Assembly (NCBI GenBank): GCA_002633005.1 | Contig: NMRA01000001.1 | Location: 2,525,695 to 2,589,694, forward strand | Length of the DNA: 64,000 nucleotides | From: Phoronis australis | Lineage: Eukaryota > Animalia > Phoronida | Direction of reading: 5' to 3' | Shown here: piece by piece, positions 26,024-39,645 of the stretch | Position numbering within the stretch: position 1 is the first letter of the stretch | Layout: the number at the start of each line of letters is the position of its first letter | Made by a program: the position numbers and the translations under genes | Notes under the pieces: generated by a model | Told to the model about the DNA's origin: nothing | What the model saw: the letters and a program-made list of their open reading frames with translations, nothing else | Database searches by the model: none

Positions 26024-26859
26024 CTTTCTTAAAGCTACTCTTTTGATTAATAGTAAAAAATTTCATTAAATGAAACTTGACACAAACCAATTTATTTAGC
26101 ATGTCGTCATTTGTTAAAAAATGTTTACTGAGTTTTATTCTTGAATTTCTTGCGGTGAATGCAGATTTAACTATACAAAGCTGTAACTAACAAAATGGTT
26201 TCATTGTGGAGATATCTTTATAAGTTCACAGCACTCTAGCCAACTTTTGTTGCCGGCAAAATCTTGAAAATTTGTTGCCAATCAAATGCAGAGTTAAACA
26301 TGACATTAAGTGCATTATGTGACAATTCGTCATTTTAAGCATGTCCTTTTGGGAGTTGTCCAGCCTGGTTTAACAAGTCTGTTAAATTGGCAAACTCGTG
26401 GCATGGAGTTTATGCTTATCAGACGTAGAAAAACCTCTATGTTTGCATGTGGTATGATTGAAGCCAGATCACAGTAAATGCAAGTGTCATTGTTAAATAA
26501 ATATCTTTATTAATGATGATTCTAAAAATCAAAATAATGTGTGAAATACAAAAAATGTGTTGCATAAATTGGCACAGAATCCATTCTGAAATGTTAGGCA
26601 TTCATGACAAATCGACGAGTGTTCACCAGTGCATTAGTTAACGAGAGATGTCTAAGGGTCTTTCAATCTAGCCTGCTACTGCAATGGTCAGGATGTTGTT
26701 GTCAAGTGTGCTGTGGGCTTCTTTTTGATGATAGTTAATGACGAAAACAGAAAAAAAAGTATCTTTAATGCATTTCCTCTCCAATGCAATAGGTCTGGTT
26801 TTGATTTATTTGGAATTATTATTTAGAATTACTAGTCTTTTTAAGCGCCCACATATTTG

Positions 26860-28020
26860 TATGTGTGTGGGCGCATTATGTCATCATCACCGTCTGGGCG
26901 TCGGTCAATTCTGTGATATTGTTCACCTTTGTGTCTCCAAACCTCTTGATGGATGTGAAATTTTGAATGGATGGCACAGCACGATCGAATTTTTGGATGG
27001 TTTTGACTACCGCTGTGTCTTCTAATGAAAATTGACATATATGATCTTACTGTGAAGAGCATGGCTGACGATGATTTTGGATGTCTCTGACTACTGTGGC
27101 AACTCCTAGTGACAATTTTTTTGCATCCATGGTTGTATCTCCTAAACCCTCTGCAGGATTTTTATTAAATTTGGCATGTGTATTTATATGAAGTTGACAA
27201 TGGATGACGACCACTTTCGCATGGACCCAACAACTGCTGTGCTCTCTAGTGGCAATTTTATTTTTTCCATTTTCCTTTGTATCTGTGAAGTTCATTGGTG
27301 AATTTTTATGAAATTTGTTTAATAGGCTTCTATTTAAGATGTGATGACACCTTTTTGTTTTCAAATGGATTCGATGTAGTGCACACCTCCTAGTGGCTGT
27401 TTATATTCTTTGTGAGTCTGACAAAGAGGCAGCCAAACCACTCTAAGGATTATTGTGGTGCCCCCTAGTAGCAGTTCTGTTTTTTGCTTCCACATCTGTT
27501 TCTCCTAAACCCCTGCGGGAACTTTGCGAAATTCGGCTAGGATATTTCTATTAACATGACAACAGATGACAACAATTTTTGGACATATCTGACTATTGTG
27601 CCCCCTGGTGCTAGTTTTTGAATTTTTACGATCTTGGCATGTGTGTGAGGGTAGCATTCCTAGAGGCTGTTATAAGTTTACTAGCATTGTTCCCGTAAGT
27701 GGGAATGTTTGAACTCGTATTCAATCACCCCTTTTTCCTGCAATATATGTGATGCATGCAGTGGGTACTTGTCAATGCTCCATCTTTCTTTTGTTAATAT
27801 TTTTGTGTCTGTTCTTTGTCGTCCACCTCTGTTGAAGAGTCGCAATGAAAGGTGGCAGGTGTGTTCTATTGACAATGAGCACTGCTGACGTGCTTTGCGC
27901 CACCTAGAGGCTATTTTAAGTTTACTAAATTGCTCCCCCTAGTGGGAATGTTTAAAATAAGAAACATCCCTTGTATCTGCACTTTATTTGATGTACACAG
28001 TGGGCACATGTCAACGCTAT
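26860..28020. repeat. Degenerate interspersed/tandem repeat carrying (c)cctagtggc motifs (DINE/HINE-like); related pieces at ~1-300, 5260-5420, 13000-13260, 17910-18700, 22700-22830, 51100-51260
   Basis: Recurrent atgaaattt(g)...ga(c)tactgtg..cccctagtggca..ttttt blocks, and (gaca)n microsatellite tails in some copies. Confidence 0.5.
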
Positions 28021-30456
28021 AGTTTTCTCACTGAGATATGAATTGGTTGCAGTTTAACAATAAGATGTTAGAGATGAGCTTCAGTGGTATGAAATGTTTT
28101 TCGTTGGCTGTTGGTAAGTGTAAATCGGACGTTTTTGTTGGCTAGCTGTAAGTAGGAGAACCTGGCTACTTACTGGCCATCAGTTGTTAGGATTTCACCA
28201 TTGACAATGGATAGGAATTTACAGCTGTTTACAAATGCATGAACATCTTGAAAAGCTCTTGTGTTATAACTATAAACTATAAATTTTGCCTTTGTATGTT
28301 TTATAGATAGTTGTCTCAGACATTGCAGGAATCTTGTTTTTGGTTGTTTACTAGTATTTAGTTACCGGATCTGTTCAATTTTCAAAATTGAAAAACTTAA
28401 TGGGGCATGTATAATCCAACATATGGTAAAAAATCTTCAACTTGGGAAAAAGTAATTGCTAATATTATCATTTCTCAGTTTTTGTAAGCTTTACTGGAAT
28501 GTTTTAAATGTTCAAAATTGTACCAAATATTTGAATTAACAACATGAAATCCCCTTTTTTGCTGTGCTGATGTGTTCCCAGTCGAAGAATTTTTGTGAGG
28601 CGTTTATAAGGAAAGCTGTTTAAAAATAGAAGGGTGAGTGTTTAGCCCGTTGATGGCATTAACCCCAAGAGGTGAAGATGTTGCCAAGACTAGTGGCTCT
28701 TAACAAGGAATAGTGGACTTTGTCTGGTGCTCCTGAAAACAGTTTGGAAAGTAGCGACTTCCAATGTCCTTCTTCGTGTTTGAGAATAGTTTGTATTCTC
28801 CACCAGTTTAACCTGGATGTCAGTTCAATTTCTGTAAAGGAGTTACTAACTAGACTCACTTTGTAAAAATGTTGTCTACATCTGCTGTTGGGGTTGATGA
28901 AAACATCGGGCTACTTAAGATTCACTAGGATCAGCTACTAACAGAAGGATCCTACTCTTAGAAATGTATTATTAAGGTACCGGTAATTCTCCACTTCTTT
29001 TACACAAAAAAATGCCAAAATTGTTATTTATACACATTTATATCACCGCAAATAATGGAAAATTTACCAAAAGTTGTTTTATACTATCTACGCAATACAA
29101 ACTGAGTTATTGATAGGTTAAAATTTTCTTAATCTTTGTTGTTGTGGAGAAACATGACAAAATGGAATTTCACTTTTCGGCCATGTTGTGTGCTAAATCC
29201 GTGAAGAATTTCCCTACGCAGTCTTGTGGGATCATTAGCCCACAGACGCGATCCCTGTGCTGATGAACTGCTTTCTGCTCTCAGTCAAAAGGCGTTGAAA
29301 GGATTCTTTATTTGTTATTAGTGCCACCTAGTGAATACAGAGTGAACCATTTTTCTGTTCACTGCTTAGTGCTGCCCTCTGTTGGGTTGTGTGTACTGTA
29401 CAACTATGTGGTAAGGATGTGAGCTGGACTTGCACTCTTATTTTATTTTTGTCAGCAGATTTTATTTTTGTTGTTGGTTGCTTTTGAACTTGTTTGTTTG
29501 TTTTATGATTATTTCTCTGGAGTTAAAGAGCATTCCATCCACATCTTCCATGTTAAGTTAACTATTGCACGTGAAACATTGCCTTCAAGCGTGATACTAA
29601 ATATATACTACTGTAAAATCCTCACTAATTTAGGACACAATATGGCCGACAAGTGAAATTTTAACTTAGGACTTATAGTGTGATAAATCTAGTCTAACTT
29701 GTTCCTTACTCTGATTAGAGATGATTCCTGGGTTTGGGAAGAACTGGAAGTTTGTCATGGCTTGAGATCAGGCTAGCCACTTTGGCTTGTTAGGCTGTGC
29801 CATCTCGGTCTCAATCGCTGCTGCACTGTCAGTTCTTGACTAGCTCAGAAGTCAACACTTGTTTGAGTAAGGAACAAGTTAAGACCAACCTCATTATAGC
29901 AATGATCTGAATCAAAAATTGTTTTTGATGGCCCATGCCATTAGTAATATGGGAAAGATATTTTCCTGGTAACGTCCACATATTGGACATAAGTGAATTG
30001 AGCAACTGCTATTGCTGGAATGTGGTCTCCCACATTCTGTGTACTTCTTAAATACTACTGTACATGAGTTTGTAAATATTAATCTTGTCTACTTCGTGCT
30101 TCAAGTTTTAACCTGTTAGTTATGCCATGAAATTAATTTTCTTTTGTATATGTTTTTGCTATGTTTTTAATAAAAATTATCGTTATTTTTGAGGTTCGTT
30201 TTTGATTACATCCATGTTTAACAGATTGGTGTGTTCCAGGTCAGGAACAAGAATATTTTTGTTTGCCCTGAATATAAGGGTATATTTTCAGGACTACATG
30301 TAATTTCTTAAATGAAAATCACTGCTCCATTTTTTTGTGAAGATTTTATTATATAAAAATAAATACAGTCATTTCGTGGTGATGTAATACTGGGTATTCT
30401 GGAACAAATTCGAACATAATTATTTTTACAATTGTTTTCTTGGCTACGTGGTCTTG

Positions 30457-33400
30457 TCATTCCTTCGCTTCTGGCACTCGATAAAAGGTGAACGGCGACG
30501 CCGCCAGGTGAGGCTGCGATGTATAAATAAACGGTACCGGGGAGAAGGCAGAATGAGGACCATACTGTAACGCTTGACTGAACTGAGCAAGAGTTGTGGG
30601 GTTGGGAGGTAACGGGAGGGGCCATGGTATGGCGCCGTGATATGGAGATAAACTAGAGCCTGCAGCGGATGAAGCGTTCTGAGGTGGCCGCACGTGTGGG
30701 TTAGTCTTTTTGCACTCGCGATCTCGCCGCTCTCTCGCTCTGCGGTTTTGGAACCATATTTTTACCTGAAAAGACAAAGTTTTATAACCATAAAGGCGAA
30801 GCAATAGCTTTTGGTTGGTAAGGCCTTCGCACAAACTTCTTGAAATTTCGTTTGTCTACACGCTTGCACGACCGTAATGAACACAGAAACGGACGTTATT
30901 CCACACCCAAACTAGACATTGAAGCTTTCTTTAAAATCGTCCAGTACTCAGTCTGTTTTCTGAGAAAGGATGCAACGTCAAGTTGTTCAATAAAATTGTT
31001 TAACTGTCAGTTGAGAAATGAAAGTTTTTGTTCAATTTATTTAGTTTTCAAATTGTATTGACTAATCAAGTGGGATGGTGTACAGCTGTCTGCATTTTGT
31101 GTATGTTCCGGGTATTGAATAGATGTGTATATTTAGGTGACTACTGAGTGAATGTTATTTTTTCAATTTATAAGCTTAACGCAAAAAGCTTTTTTTTTCG
31201 ACAAAAACGTAAAAGAGTGAGTCTGCCGGAGTCCGCGTTGGTTTTTTGGGGAAACTAGTTGTTCCACGACTCGGGCACTTGGAAGGGTGAAAATGACCCC
31301 TATCGTGGCCAATTTGGCACCCCAAACCCGCGGGTCCCTCCTCTGTTGCTCCACAAGCCGTATATTACTGACTAGAGAGCACATTTCCCTCCGATCCCCG
31401 TAAATTTTCACGGACAAAAAATAATGAGCCGGCCCAAGCCTCGCTTCGTTCTGCCCGGCCTGCCGTTCAGTTGGCAATTAATTGCTCCGTTTTAGGTTTT
31501 TTAACGGATCATTTTTTACTGTGTTAACATGCGTTTAATCAGCCGATAGTTTAATTATTTAGTATAATCTGAGGATGAATGCTGGCGAAAACTTAAAACT
31601 AACAACTGTCCTTGGGGCAGGAAGAAGAATTAATATATTGGTGTCTTGTCAAAGTACTTCCCCCCAGGCCACGTTCGCGGAGTTTTTTTTTTACAACGAC
31701 TATTTTTCTTTAGGAATATTGGAGTTTTACCACGGAATGGTGAGCGGCACGTGCGAATGGCGTGTGACTTTGACAGACGTTCCCGCGAGGAGGAGCGGGA
31801 ACGAAATGAAACGTCGTCTGCTAATTAGTAATTGTCGGTCATTTGTACTTTCTTAGAAACAGATATTGGTTTGGGGTTCGTTCAAATCATTAATTCAGGT
31901 CATGTCGAGAATATGCTAATAAAATGTTTCCTGTTTTCCAGTAATTAACAAATGAAGCTAAACATGGCCATCAAAGATCTACTGCGACTCAAATTCAGAA
32001 GTGCAATTTTTCACCTATGATTTGTACGTTCTCAAGCGTATTTAGAAAATTTCGGATGCAGATATTCATTAATGGTTAGGGTTCGTTCGCGCATCAAATG
32101 CGCGCACCCAGGGGGCTGGAACGAGCCCCCTCATATGGCGAAGTGGGCAAAAAGGTCCACCTCAGAGAAACAAAAACTCTCAAAAGGTAGAAAACGATTC
32201 AAAAGTTAACTAAAAAGGCAGGAACTACTAAAATTCGGAGAATGCACAATTCATAGCTCTGAACGTACCCTGTGATTCTTAGTAAAAGACCGACATTCTA
32301 AAAAATTCAATCTTGGTATGCGCATGCATCGTGTTCAGCCAGAATTTCAAAGGAGACCTATTTTGTTCTGAAGTATTGATTTCGTTTCCAAAAAAGCAAA
32401 AATTACTCTGATCCTCGGTTCGCGCCATTCTCGGCACTACATTAGATTTATTTTGTGCATTTTTAACCACCTCAGTGGCGGCACCACGTAAATTAACCCA
32501 CAACCACCTAAGATGAATGATTAAAACTGGGATCTGTTTCATGAAAAGTGACCAGAAATTTGGTCTTACACTCCACACAACTTTTTCGTAAAAACAACCA
32601 AATCTCGTTTCAATTAAAGTACAAAACCTCTGAAATATATGCACAATTGCTAGTTACTGAGACGGTTATTATATTTAGGCTGCGGCGTGATAACTGGTAC
32701 ATGGATAAAGCTTTATCCAGTAATGTGAAACGGAGGCGTTAAACCAAATTAAGTCTGAAAGTCATTTTCCATGAAAACGCCCCCGTGGTGTGGTCATTTT
32801 ATTTACCTTGCACTATCGTAAACAATTTAGTTATGATCGCATGTGGCCAGTAAAAAATAATTAAGTTGTTAAATTGTCGATTATTTTGACCTCAACCCTA
32901 ATAAGGTCTTGAGCTACTCGTGAGCTGGTGGTGACAATGTTCTTGTTGGTAACGGAAATAGAGTCCTATCGTTGGTAAGGAATATTGTGAGACCGATTTT
33001 ATAAAAGTAAAGGGCTAAGCAGATTTTCGTTTTTCAGCCAGTTAATGAAGCGTCAAGCGTAACGTAGGTTAGTTAATCAGCGTTTGTGCTGTTCGTTTGG
33101 ATAACATTGTCAAAAATTGTCTTCGCTCAGCTTTAATATCAAGTTTATAGTACCGCGAATGGCTAAAAATGAAACGTTGTTTAAAATCCACCGTGGCCCA
33201 AAGTGAAAGTTTGCTATTTAAAAGAATTTCGTAATAATTAATTGTCAGGTAATTTACATTTACTTACTCTCGTTTCCGTCAGATTTAGAGCCGTGGAAAG
33301 TTCCAGAACGTCGACGCTGCTAAGGTAGTGAGTTTGGCGGAACTTCTGTTCTAGAATACCAACTTGCTGTTGTGTAAAAGGAACCCGTGGATTTCTTCCC

Positions 33401-36280
33401 AATTTTCGCTTCTTTACTCCCTCACGCTTTCGTGAGCCTGTAAAATACCATAGATGTTGATGCAATCCATATTTGCAGTATGAAAAACGCCACATGATGT
33501 CTTTCACCAAACCAATATAACCGATCATAGTATCACCAGGTAAGCTATTTAACTTTGATACGTATTGTAACGACTTGAGTTTCTTTAGCCATTTGACCTT
33601 CAATAGAGTCTCCTTGAAAAAGTCCGGCAAACAAACATGTTTTGGTGATGTCGATTGCTGGAGAAACTGGTTTGGGAAATTGCATTCAAACGCCTAATGT
33701 CGACCCTCTTTTGAATACAAAGGCACGGGCTATATAACTTGAGGTTGTTTAGTAGATATTTTCAGGCTATAAATTTAGATCGGCTCACAGATTCAACCTA
33801 AAGTCTTCTGTATTGGGTGTGGGTTGAAATTAATTTTTATTTGAATTTGTTACAGTCTTTACATTAGGTGTTCTTTTATTAACAAACTTGTTTTATTCTT
33901 GTTTTCTTGAAACAATTATCAGTCGTAAAGTCACAACCGTAAACAATTGCGCGGTGCCTATGTTGTGAAGTCTGAATAGTTATAAGGTTCTGTGTCTGAA
34001 GTGCATGGCTGGGTTTTTGAAGACGATGGTAAATGAGCATGAATATATTCGACGTTTGTCCCGAACGATATAAATGACATCAAAAGACCTGTTTACAGTG
34101 ATGAAAAGGAGTCCGTAAGTTGGTGAAATGTAGGCCATTTATTACGACACAGGCATTAAATTTAAATGCTCAAAGTTGTTACCTGTGGATAACTGACGCA
34201 GTCAATATTACTAACAATTCTATATGCCAATGTTGCCTCGAGCTCATACATTATATAAAATTTTACAAAAGTGACTTTTTCATGCTTGCGCGTCAATGCG
34301 TGTTATTCAAGGTCTTCGTCACAGCTTTTTAAATTTAATACTTAAACACTTTCAATCTGTTCGGAAACAAGCTAAAATTTGACAGCGGCTCTTTGAATTT
34401 TAATGGGGACATCGTTAAGTGAAACAAATGCTCCTACCTAGAGAATTGGCTGTCACATGATTGGGGTATTGTGTGTAGTAGGTGTGCAGGTAATACAATG
34501 AAAAGCACGATTCTGCTTTTTACTTGGTGATATATTAGACATTTAGCTTCGGTCAAACAAAGAAGGCCGAGACTGAGTGAATACTGTGTCCAATTTAGTA
34601 TGAATATCCATGAATAACACAATGCGTTCGTGTTACACCTTGGATCATTTACAGGAGGCTGATCGACAGTTGGAGTCGACGAATTTGTTTCGATTCAGTA
34701 CGAGTTGTGTTTGATGAAAAGTGACTTAAGACTTGAAACAGAAGTTTGGTCTTACGTTCCACATAACTATTTTTGTAAAATAATTACTTAACTTCACTTG
34801 AGCAAAAATGCAGTTTATGAGAATGTGTACATAACTGTCAGTTGGTTAGATATTTGGTATGAATTATGTCTAGACTGCCCGAAGTTATAAAAAACGAGTG
34901 TAAGACCAAATTTCTATCTCAAGTCGAGTCACTTTCATGAAACGGACCCCTGTCATGTGAAAGTTTGTTATTATGCTTATAATTAAAATCTATAAATCTA
35001 TTTTGAATTTTTTACTAGAAAAATGCCTTTGCATACCAATCTTTACTACCAGCATGTACTGTTGTTTCTTTAGTTAGCCTAACTAACGAAACACGTGAAC
35101 TGGGAACATGTATACGGACAAAATGAATAAATTTAATGGGAAAACTAGGCTTCTCAGGGGAGAACCTCTTATTTCTGGAATCAGGCACAAAGAGTTTTTA
35201 TTAGAGATGAATCAGTTAGCGTATGTTAAACTGCCTTTAAGTTATCAAAGTATTTTGAGCACGAAAACTTCCTAGTCCCAGCGTGTTTCGAAATCGCCAG
35301 CAATCACCAGCTTCAGATTGTCTTGCGTTGAAAAATGTATCTTCAGTACACCAATATGTCATATATTATCACTGTTCTGTCATACCGGCAATAAGTTCCT
35401 TCGTTACCTGCCTTATATATCACTAATATATAGGGCAGATAGAAAGCTTTGTTGCTTAATGGCATAATGCTTAAATGACAACAGTTTAGTTTCATGCTCT
35501 AAGGTGTAACTTTCTTTACTTAGTTTCATTATTTCGTAATTCGAGTTCAAGGTCAACTCTAAACAGTTTAAATGTAATTTAATTCTAATAAAGTATACAA
35601 CTTGTGCAATGCATTACTTAGATAGTTGTGAATGAATCTACTCATTTAATTCGTTGGTTTCAAATTATTTATGAAATATTAGAAAGAAAATCTTACTTAC
35701 GCGGTAGTTTTGGGGGCTTATATCTTGTACACTGAAGCCATGAAAATTCTGTTTCGTCAATATTGTCCTTTTCTAAACTATTTTGTCTATCTAAATTTAC
35801 ACTTTCTGATTCTACGTTTGAGTCTCTTGAAATGTTATGAATTCCGTCGTCTTTATCTGTGATCCCCTCGTTCTCTTCTTCGTCGTCGTCATACGCATCT
35901 TCGCTTTCGGAGCTCGTCACTGTTTCTTTTCGCCCTAAAATCCCCTCTATTGAAAAGTTCGTCAACGGATTCTGGCTTGGTTTAATTAAGTTCTTATCAA
36001 CAGTTTCGGCTGAATGTTTTTCACTCTCGACGACTCCTGTCGAGGTGGCTCTAGGTGACGATGGTTTTCTTTGGCCTGGGGATGGTATTCGCAGTTGGTA
36101 ACTCGTTGCCGCAGCCATCTCTGGTTTTCTTGCCAGCTGCACTCGTGTGAGATCGTAATTGGTTGGCGGCATTCCTCCTAAACCTTGTACTAAGTTTGCG
36201 TAAAAGTTTTTATAGTTGCCATGGCTCATGTAAAACGCCGGATATTTCCCAGGACCATACAAAGAATTAAGTAAAGCCAT
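30457..36280 (-). CDS. Msxlx: Msxlx (Msx-like) NK-class homeobox transcription factor, ~352 aa, 3 exons
   Basis: Exons 36280-35701, 33437-33268, 30765-30457 (GT-AG, phases 1 and 0). Homeodomain LGRNPRVPFTQQQVGILEQKFRQTHYLSSVDVLELSTALNLTETR|VKIWFQNRRARERRD has the intron between residues 44 and 45. Also an eh1 motif FSIEGILG and the upstream FSWLQCTRYKPPKLPR motif typical of Msx/Msxlx proteins. Confidence 0.9.
32527..32785. mobile_element. PIF/Harbinger-like MITE in Msxlx intron 2
   Basis: TIR-like ends gggatctgtttcatgaaaagtgac and gtcattttccatgaaaacgccccc. Shares gaaatttggtcttacac with the copy at 34703-34952. Confidence 0.5.
34703..34952. mobile_element. MITE of the same family in Msxlx intron 1
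   Basis: tttgatgaaaagtgactt..cttgaaacagaagtttggtcttac pairs with gtaagaccaaatttctatctcaagtcgagtcactttcatgaaacggacccctg. Confidence 0.55.
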
Positions 36281-37174
36281 CGTCCTAAAACACCGATAGC
36301 ATTTGACGAAGCCGCAGCAGACCTCTAACGCAACCGATAGATTTTGTCCGAATGTATTCCCTCCGTGACGTTAATGGTTTTGTACCGCTTATTTCCCTCA
36401 GCCGCATCAATAGATACACTCCCCCTTCGTGGTCGCCAACAAAATCTAAATTACCTGCGATGTTCACGTGGATCAGTAAACCTGTAATTAGCTGATCAGG
36501 CTTTTTTGGTTGTTTCGCGCATGCGTACATAAATAATCAGTGTCAGTTGATTCGTCTGTCAACAGCTGTGGAAAATTATGAGTATTATTTTCGCAATAAG
36601 ATGTATTACAGCACCATTTTAAGTATCTGAATAAAACATTTAAATGGAGAATTTGCGTCTTATGAACGGTTGGTTTTGGTGCATCGAACAGTTCTCAACA
36701 ACACTTAAAATGTAAGCGCGTACGTACTTTTTCATTTCTATTATTCATTCTTGATTTTTCATTGTTAACCATTTATTACATGCGTGTCATCCACGCAAGC
36801 ACATTAAAATTACCAAAATCTTCTCGTCAAAATCTTTGCACTGTCGATTTATTGTCACACCTTTATAATCAATTAATTGGATTTTAATAAGAAAAAAATT
36901 GTCTGAATAATTTCATACATATACGTACATCGTGCGAGCGGTTACGCAAGAAAAATAAGTACTTGGTTATTTCAATTTATCTCATAATTTAAGAATTAAC
37001 CGAAAAAATAAGTTCTTGCTGATTTTTCAGAATAGAACCGTCACTTTATTCACCTACAAGTCTAAGTAAACACACGTACGTTGTGTAGCCAGGTAATGAT
37101 GTTACAAACAAGGAGAAAGAAGTGATTTTCTTTTCTGAAAAATTAAATCACCTGTCTATTTCCCTTTGTCATGA

Positions 37175-37398
37175 TTGTTGTTGATAATGATGTCAAGTCT
37201 CGTTATTGTTGTTGTTGTTGTCGTCGTTGTTGCAACTGGTGCTGCTTTTGTTGTTGCTGCTGTTGTTGTTTTGGTGGTGTTAGTTACTGTTGTTGTTACT
37301 ACTGGTGCTCTCGGTGGTGGTGTTGATGATGTTGCTTTGGTTGATGGTGTAGGCTATTGTTGTATTTGCTGTTGTCGTCGTCACAGTTGTTGTAATCA

Positions 37399-37489
<91 letters not shown>

Positions 37490-37680
37490 CGATGTTGCTG
37501 CGTTTTTGGTGGTATTTGTTGATGTCGTTTGGCATGGTCGCCGTTGTTGCTGCAGCTGTTTTTGTTGTTGCTGCTGTTGTTGTTATTATTGGTGGTGATG
37601 TTGCTGGTTTTGTTGGTGGTGCTGGTCATTGTTGTTGTTGTTGCTGCTGTTGTTGTTATTGTTGTTGTTGTTGTTGTTTC
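37175..37680. repeat. Compound trinucleotide microsatellite (GTT/GCT/GAT/GGT) including pure (GCT)12(GAT)17 at 37401-37487
   Basis: Direct reading. Confidence 0.95.
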
Positions 37681-39067
37681 AGGAAAAATTATCAAGTGTC
37701 CAACAAATATTATTATGTGTAGAACTGATTTGTTCTTGGTGTAAGAAAATTAACTCGAAGTTTTCCTTTGTGCTCAGGGAAGCGTCTGTGAACGAGGCTC
37801 AGGTGGGTGAAAATCAACTAATCCATTAAGGGTTACATTGCTTTTATCAAACATCTATCCAATGTTAAACCTGTCTTCTCTGCTTATTGTTACTGTATCA
37901 TCAGATGGCGGTTGGCAAATTTGATTTCCGACCACTTAGGCGTTAAAACCATTTCTTCATACATGATTTTGCTTTTAATTTGTTAATACAAAAACGTGTC
38001 ATTAGATTTTTACCCCGCACTTACTCGGTTACATAATTGAATAATTTTTGTTTTCCAAGAAACATTTGAAAAATACATGATGGAATGAGGCGTTTCCGGA
38101 GAATTTAAAAATTGGTTGGTCTACTTTGAGGCTTTTTAATTGCTGATATTTCCAACTTGTTTTTGCTTGACTACCATTCAAACTATAAAATTGATGATAT
38201 TCATTTTGACCAACGTTTTACAAGCGTGCGAAACATAAACTATTGATATCTGTGAACTGCTCCCTGCAACGGAATTGAAATTTTATCGTTATCGTAGTAA
38301 TCTCATCACACTACGCGGTCTATAGAAATGTATATTTAGTCACAAATCCGATAAATATGTTTTGTTTGCCTTCTCTAAAGAATATATAAGCAAACAGTAG
38401 TCGACGTAAAATCACCTACTTTAACATTTTGATTTAGTCCCTGCCGTTCTTAAATTAATTTGCCAAGGAAAAGATTAATGAAAGATATAAATGCTGACAG
38501 GGAATCTTCTTTGATTCAGGTGACATCTTCCGGAACTGCCTTTCCACCGTTCGCTTAAGATTTTTCAAAAGCGTACATTAAAGGTCACGTGCGTATTTCG
38601 AAGTGAACAAGTTTTCTTTAATTTCCTTACTAATTAGAGCTATCGAGTTTGTCATTAGACGCTCTGTTTAATTAATTAACTTTTCTCTCTTATTTATTGC
38701 TTTTTCACAATTACTTTAACAAAATGAAATGTCGTAAGAGTGTTTTCAAAAGCAATCTTACTGATCAGAAAGGCTTGAAAACGGGTACCCTGGAGGTCCG
38801 TTTGCCTAAAGGAATAAGTCTTTTTCAAATAAACAAATTCGGAAATCAGTGATATAGAATCGCCTCTTCGTAAATATCTCAGTGTTTTGAGCATGTGCTC
38901 CTCGTCGCTATGAACAATCAATTTCGTTAACAAAACACTTTATACTTTTGTACTTTTTTCAACGAGTTGATTGTAGTAAAAAGACATTTAAAGGTGTCGT
39001 ACAGAGCGCTAGGTTGTATTAACCAATGAGCAATATTTATCTCATTTGTATTGACGGCCATGTGCTT

Positions 39068-39645
39068 TTAAAGGGACGTTGACTGCTTTACGACCGAAAA
39101 ACGCATTGTTGGATAGGATAGATTTTTGAAGTTATTAGCTTTGACCAGAGTTTTGAAGCAAAAAAAATCCGTTTTGTTTTTTTTTTGTTGTTTTTGTTAC
39201 AAATCGCCAAACATTCGCGGAAATCAAGAGCAGGGTCTCTGTAATTTGAATACTCTTAAAATACACTGCTGCATAACGCTCTAAATTTGTCGGCTCGAAA
39301 GAGACGTTGTCAGTTTTGCTACCGAAAAACGCTTTTTTATTATTGATGGATGGAGTATACTTCTTGAAGTTATTAGCTTTGTGACCAGAGTTACAAAACA
39401 ATGAAATCCGTTGTGTTTTTATGATTTTGTTACAAATCGCCAATTCTTCATGTTGTCTGCTAAGCATTCGCGGAAGATGGGGTCGGTGTCTTAACCATTT
39501 AAATACGATTACAAACACGTTACTATCTAACGCGTGGGATTTGGCTCAGAGGCAGAGCGTTCGGGTGATAATGTGGGGTTAGTAGGCTCAATCCCGCACT
39601 ACTGCTAAATGTTCAGCAAATTCTCGCCGAAGAATGTCCCTTTAA
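39068..39645. mobile_element. Kolobok-like non-autonomous element (TTAA flanks) with an internal ~240-bp tandem duplication
   Basis: TTAA-AGGGAC ... GTCCCT-TTAA ends. gaagttattagcttt..gaccagagtt...ttgttacaaatcgccaa occurs at ~39128 and ~39366. Confidence 0.45.

Noticed and set aside
37175-37829. PolyQ/polyH/polyL/polyC ORFs on both strands
   Set aside because: By-products of a trinucleotide microsatellite, with no splice or homology support.
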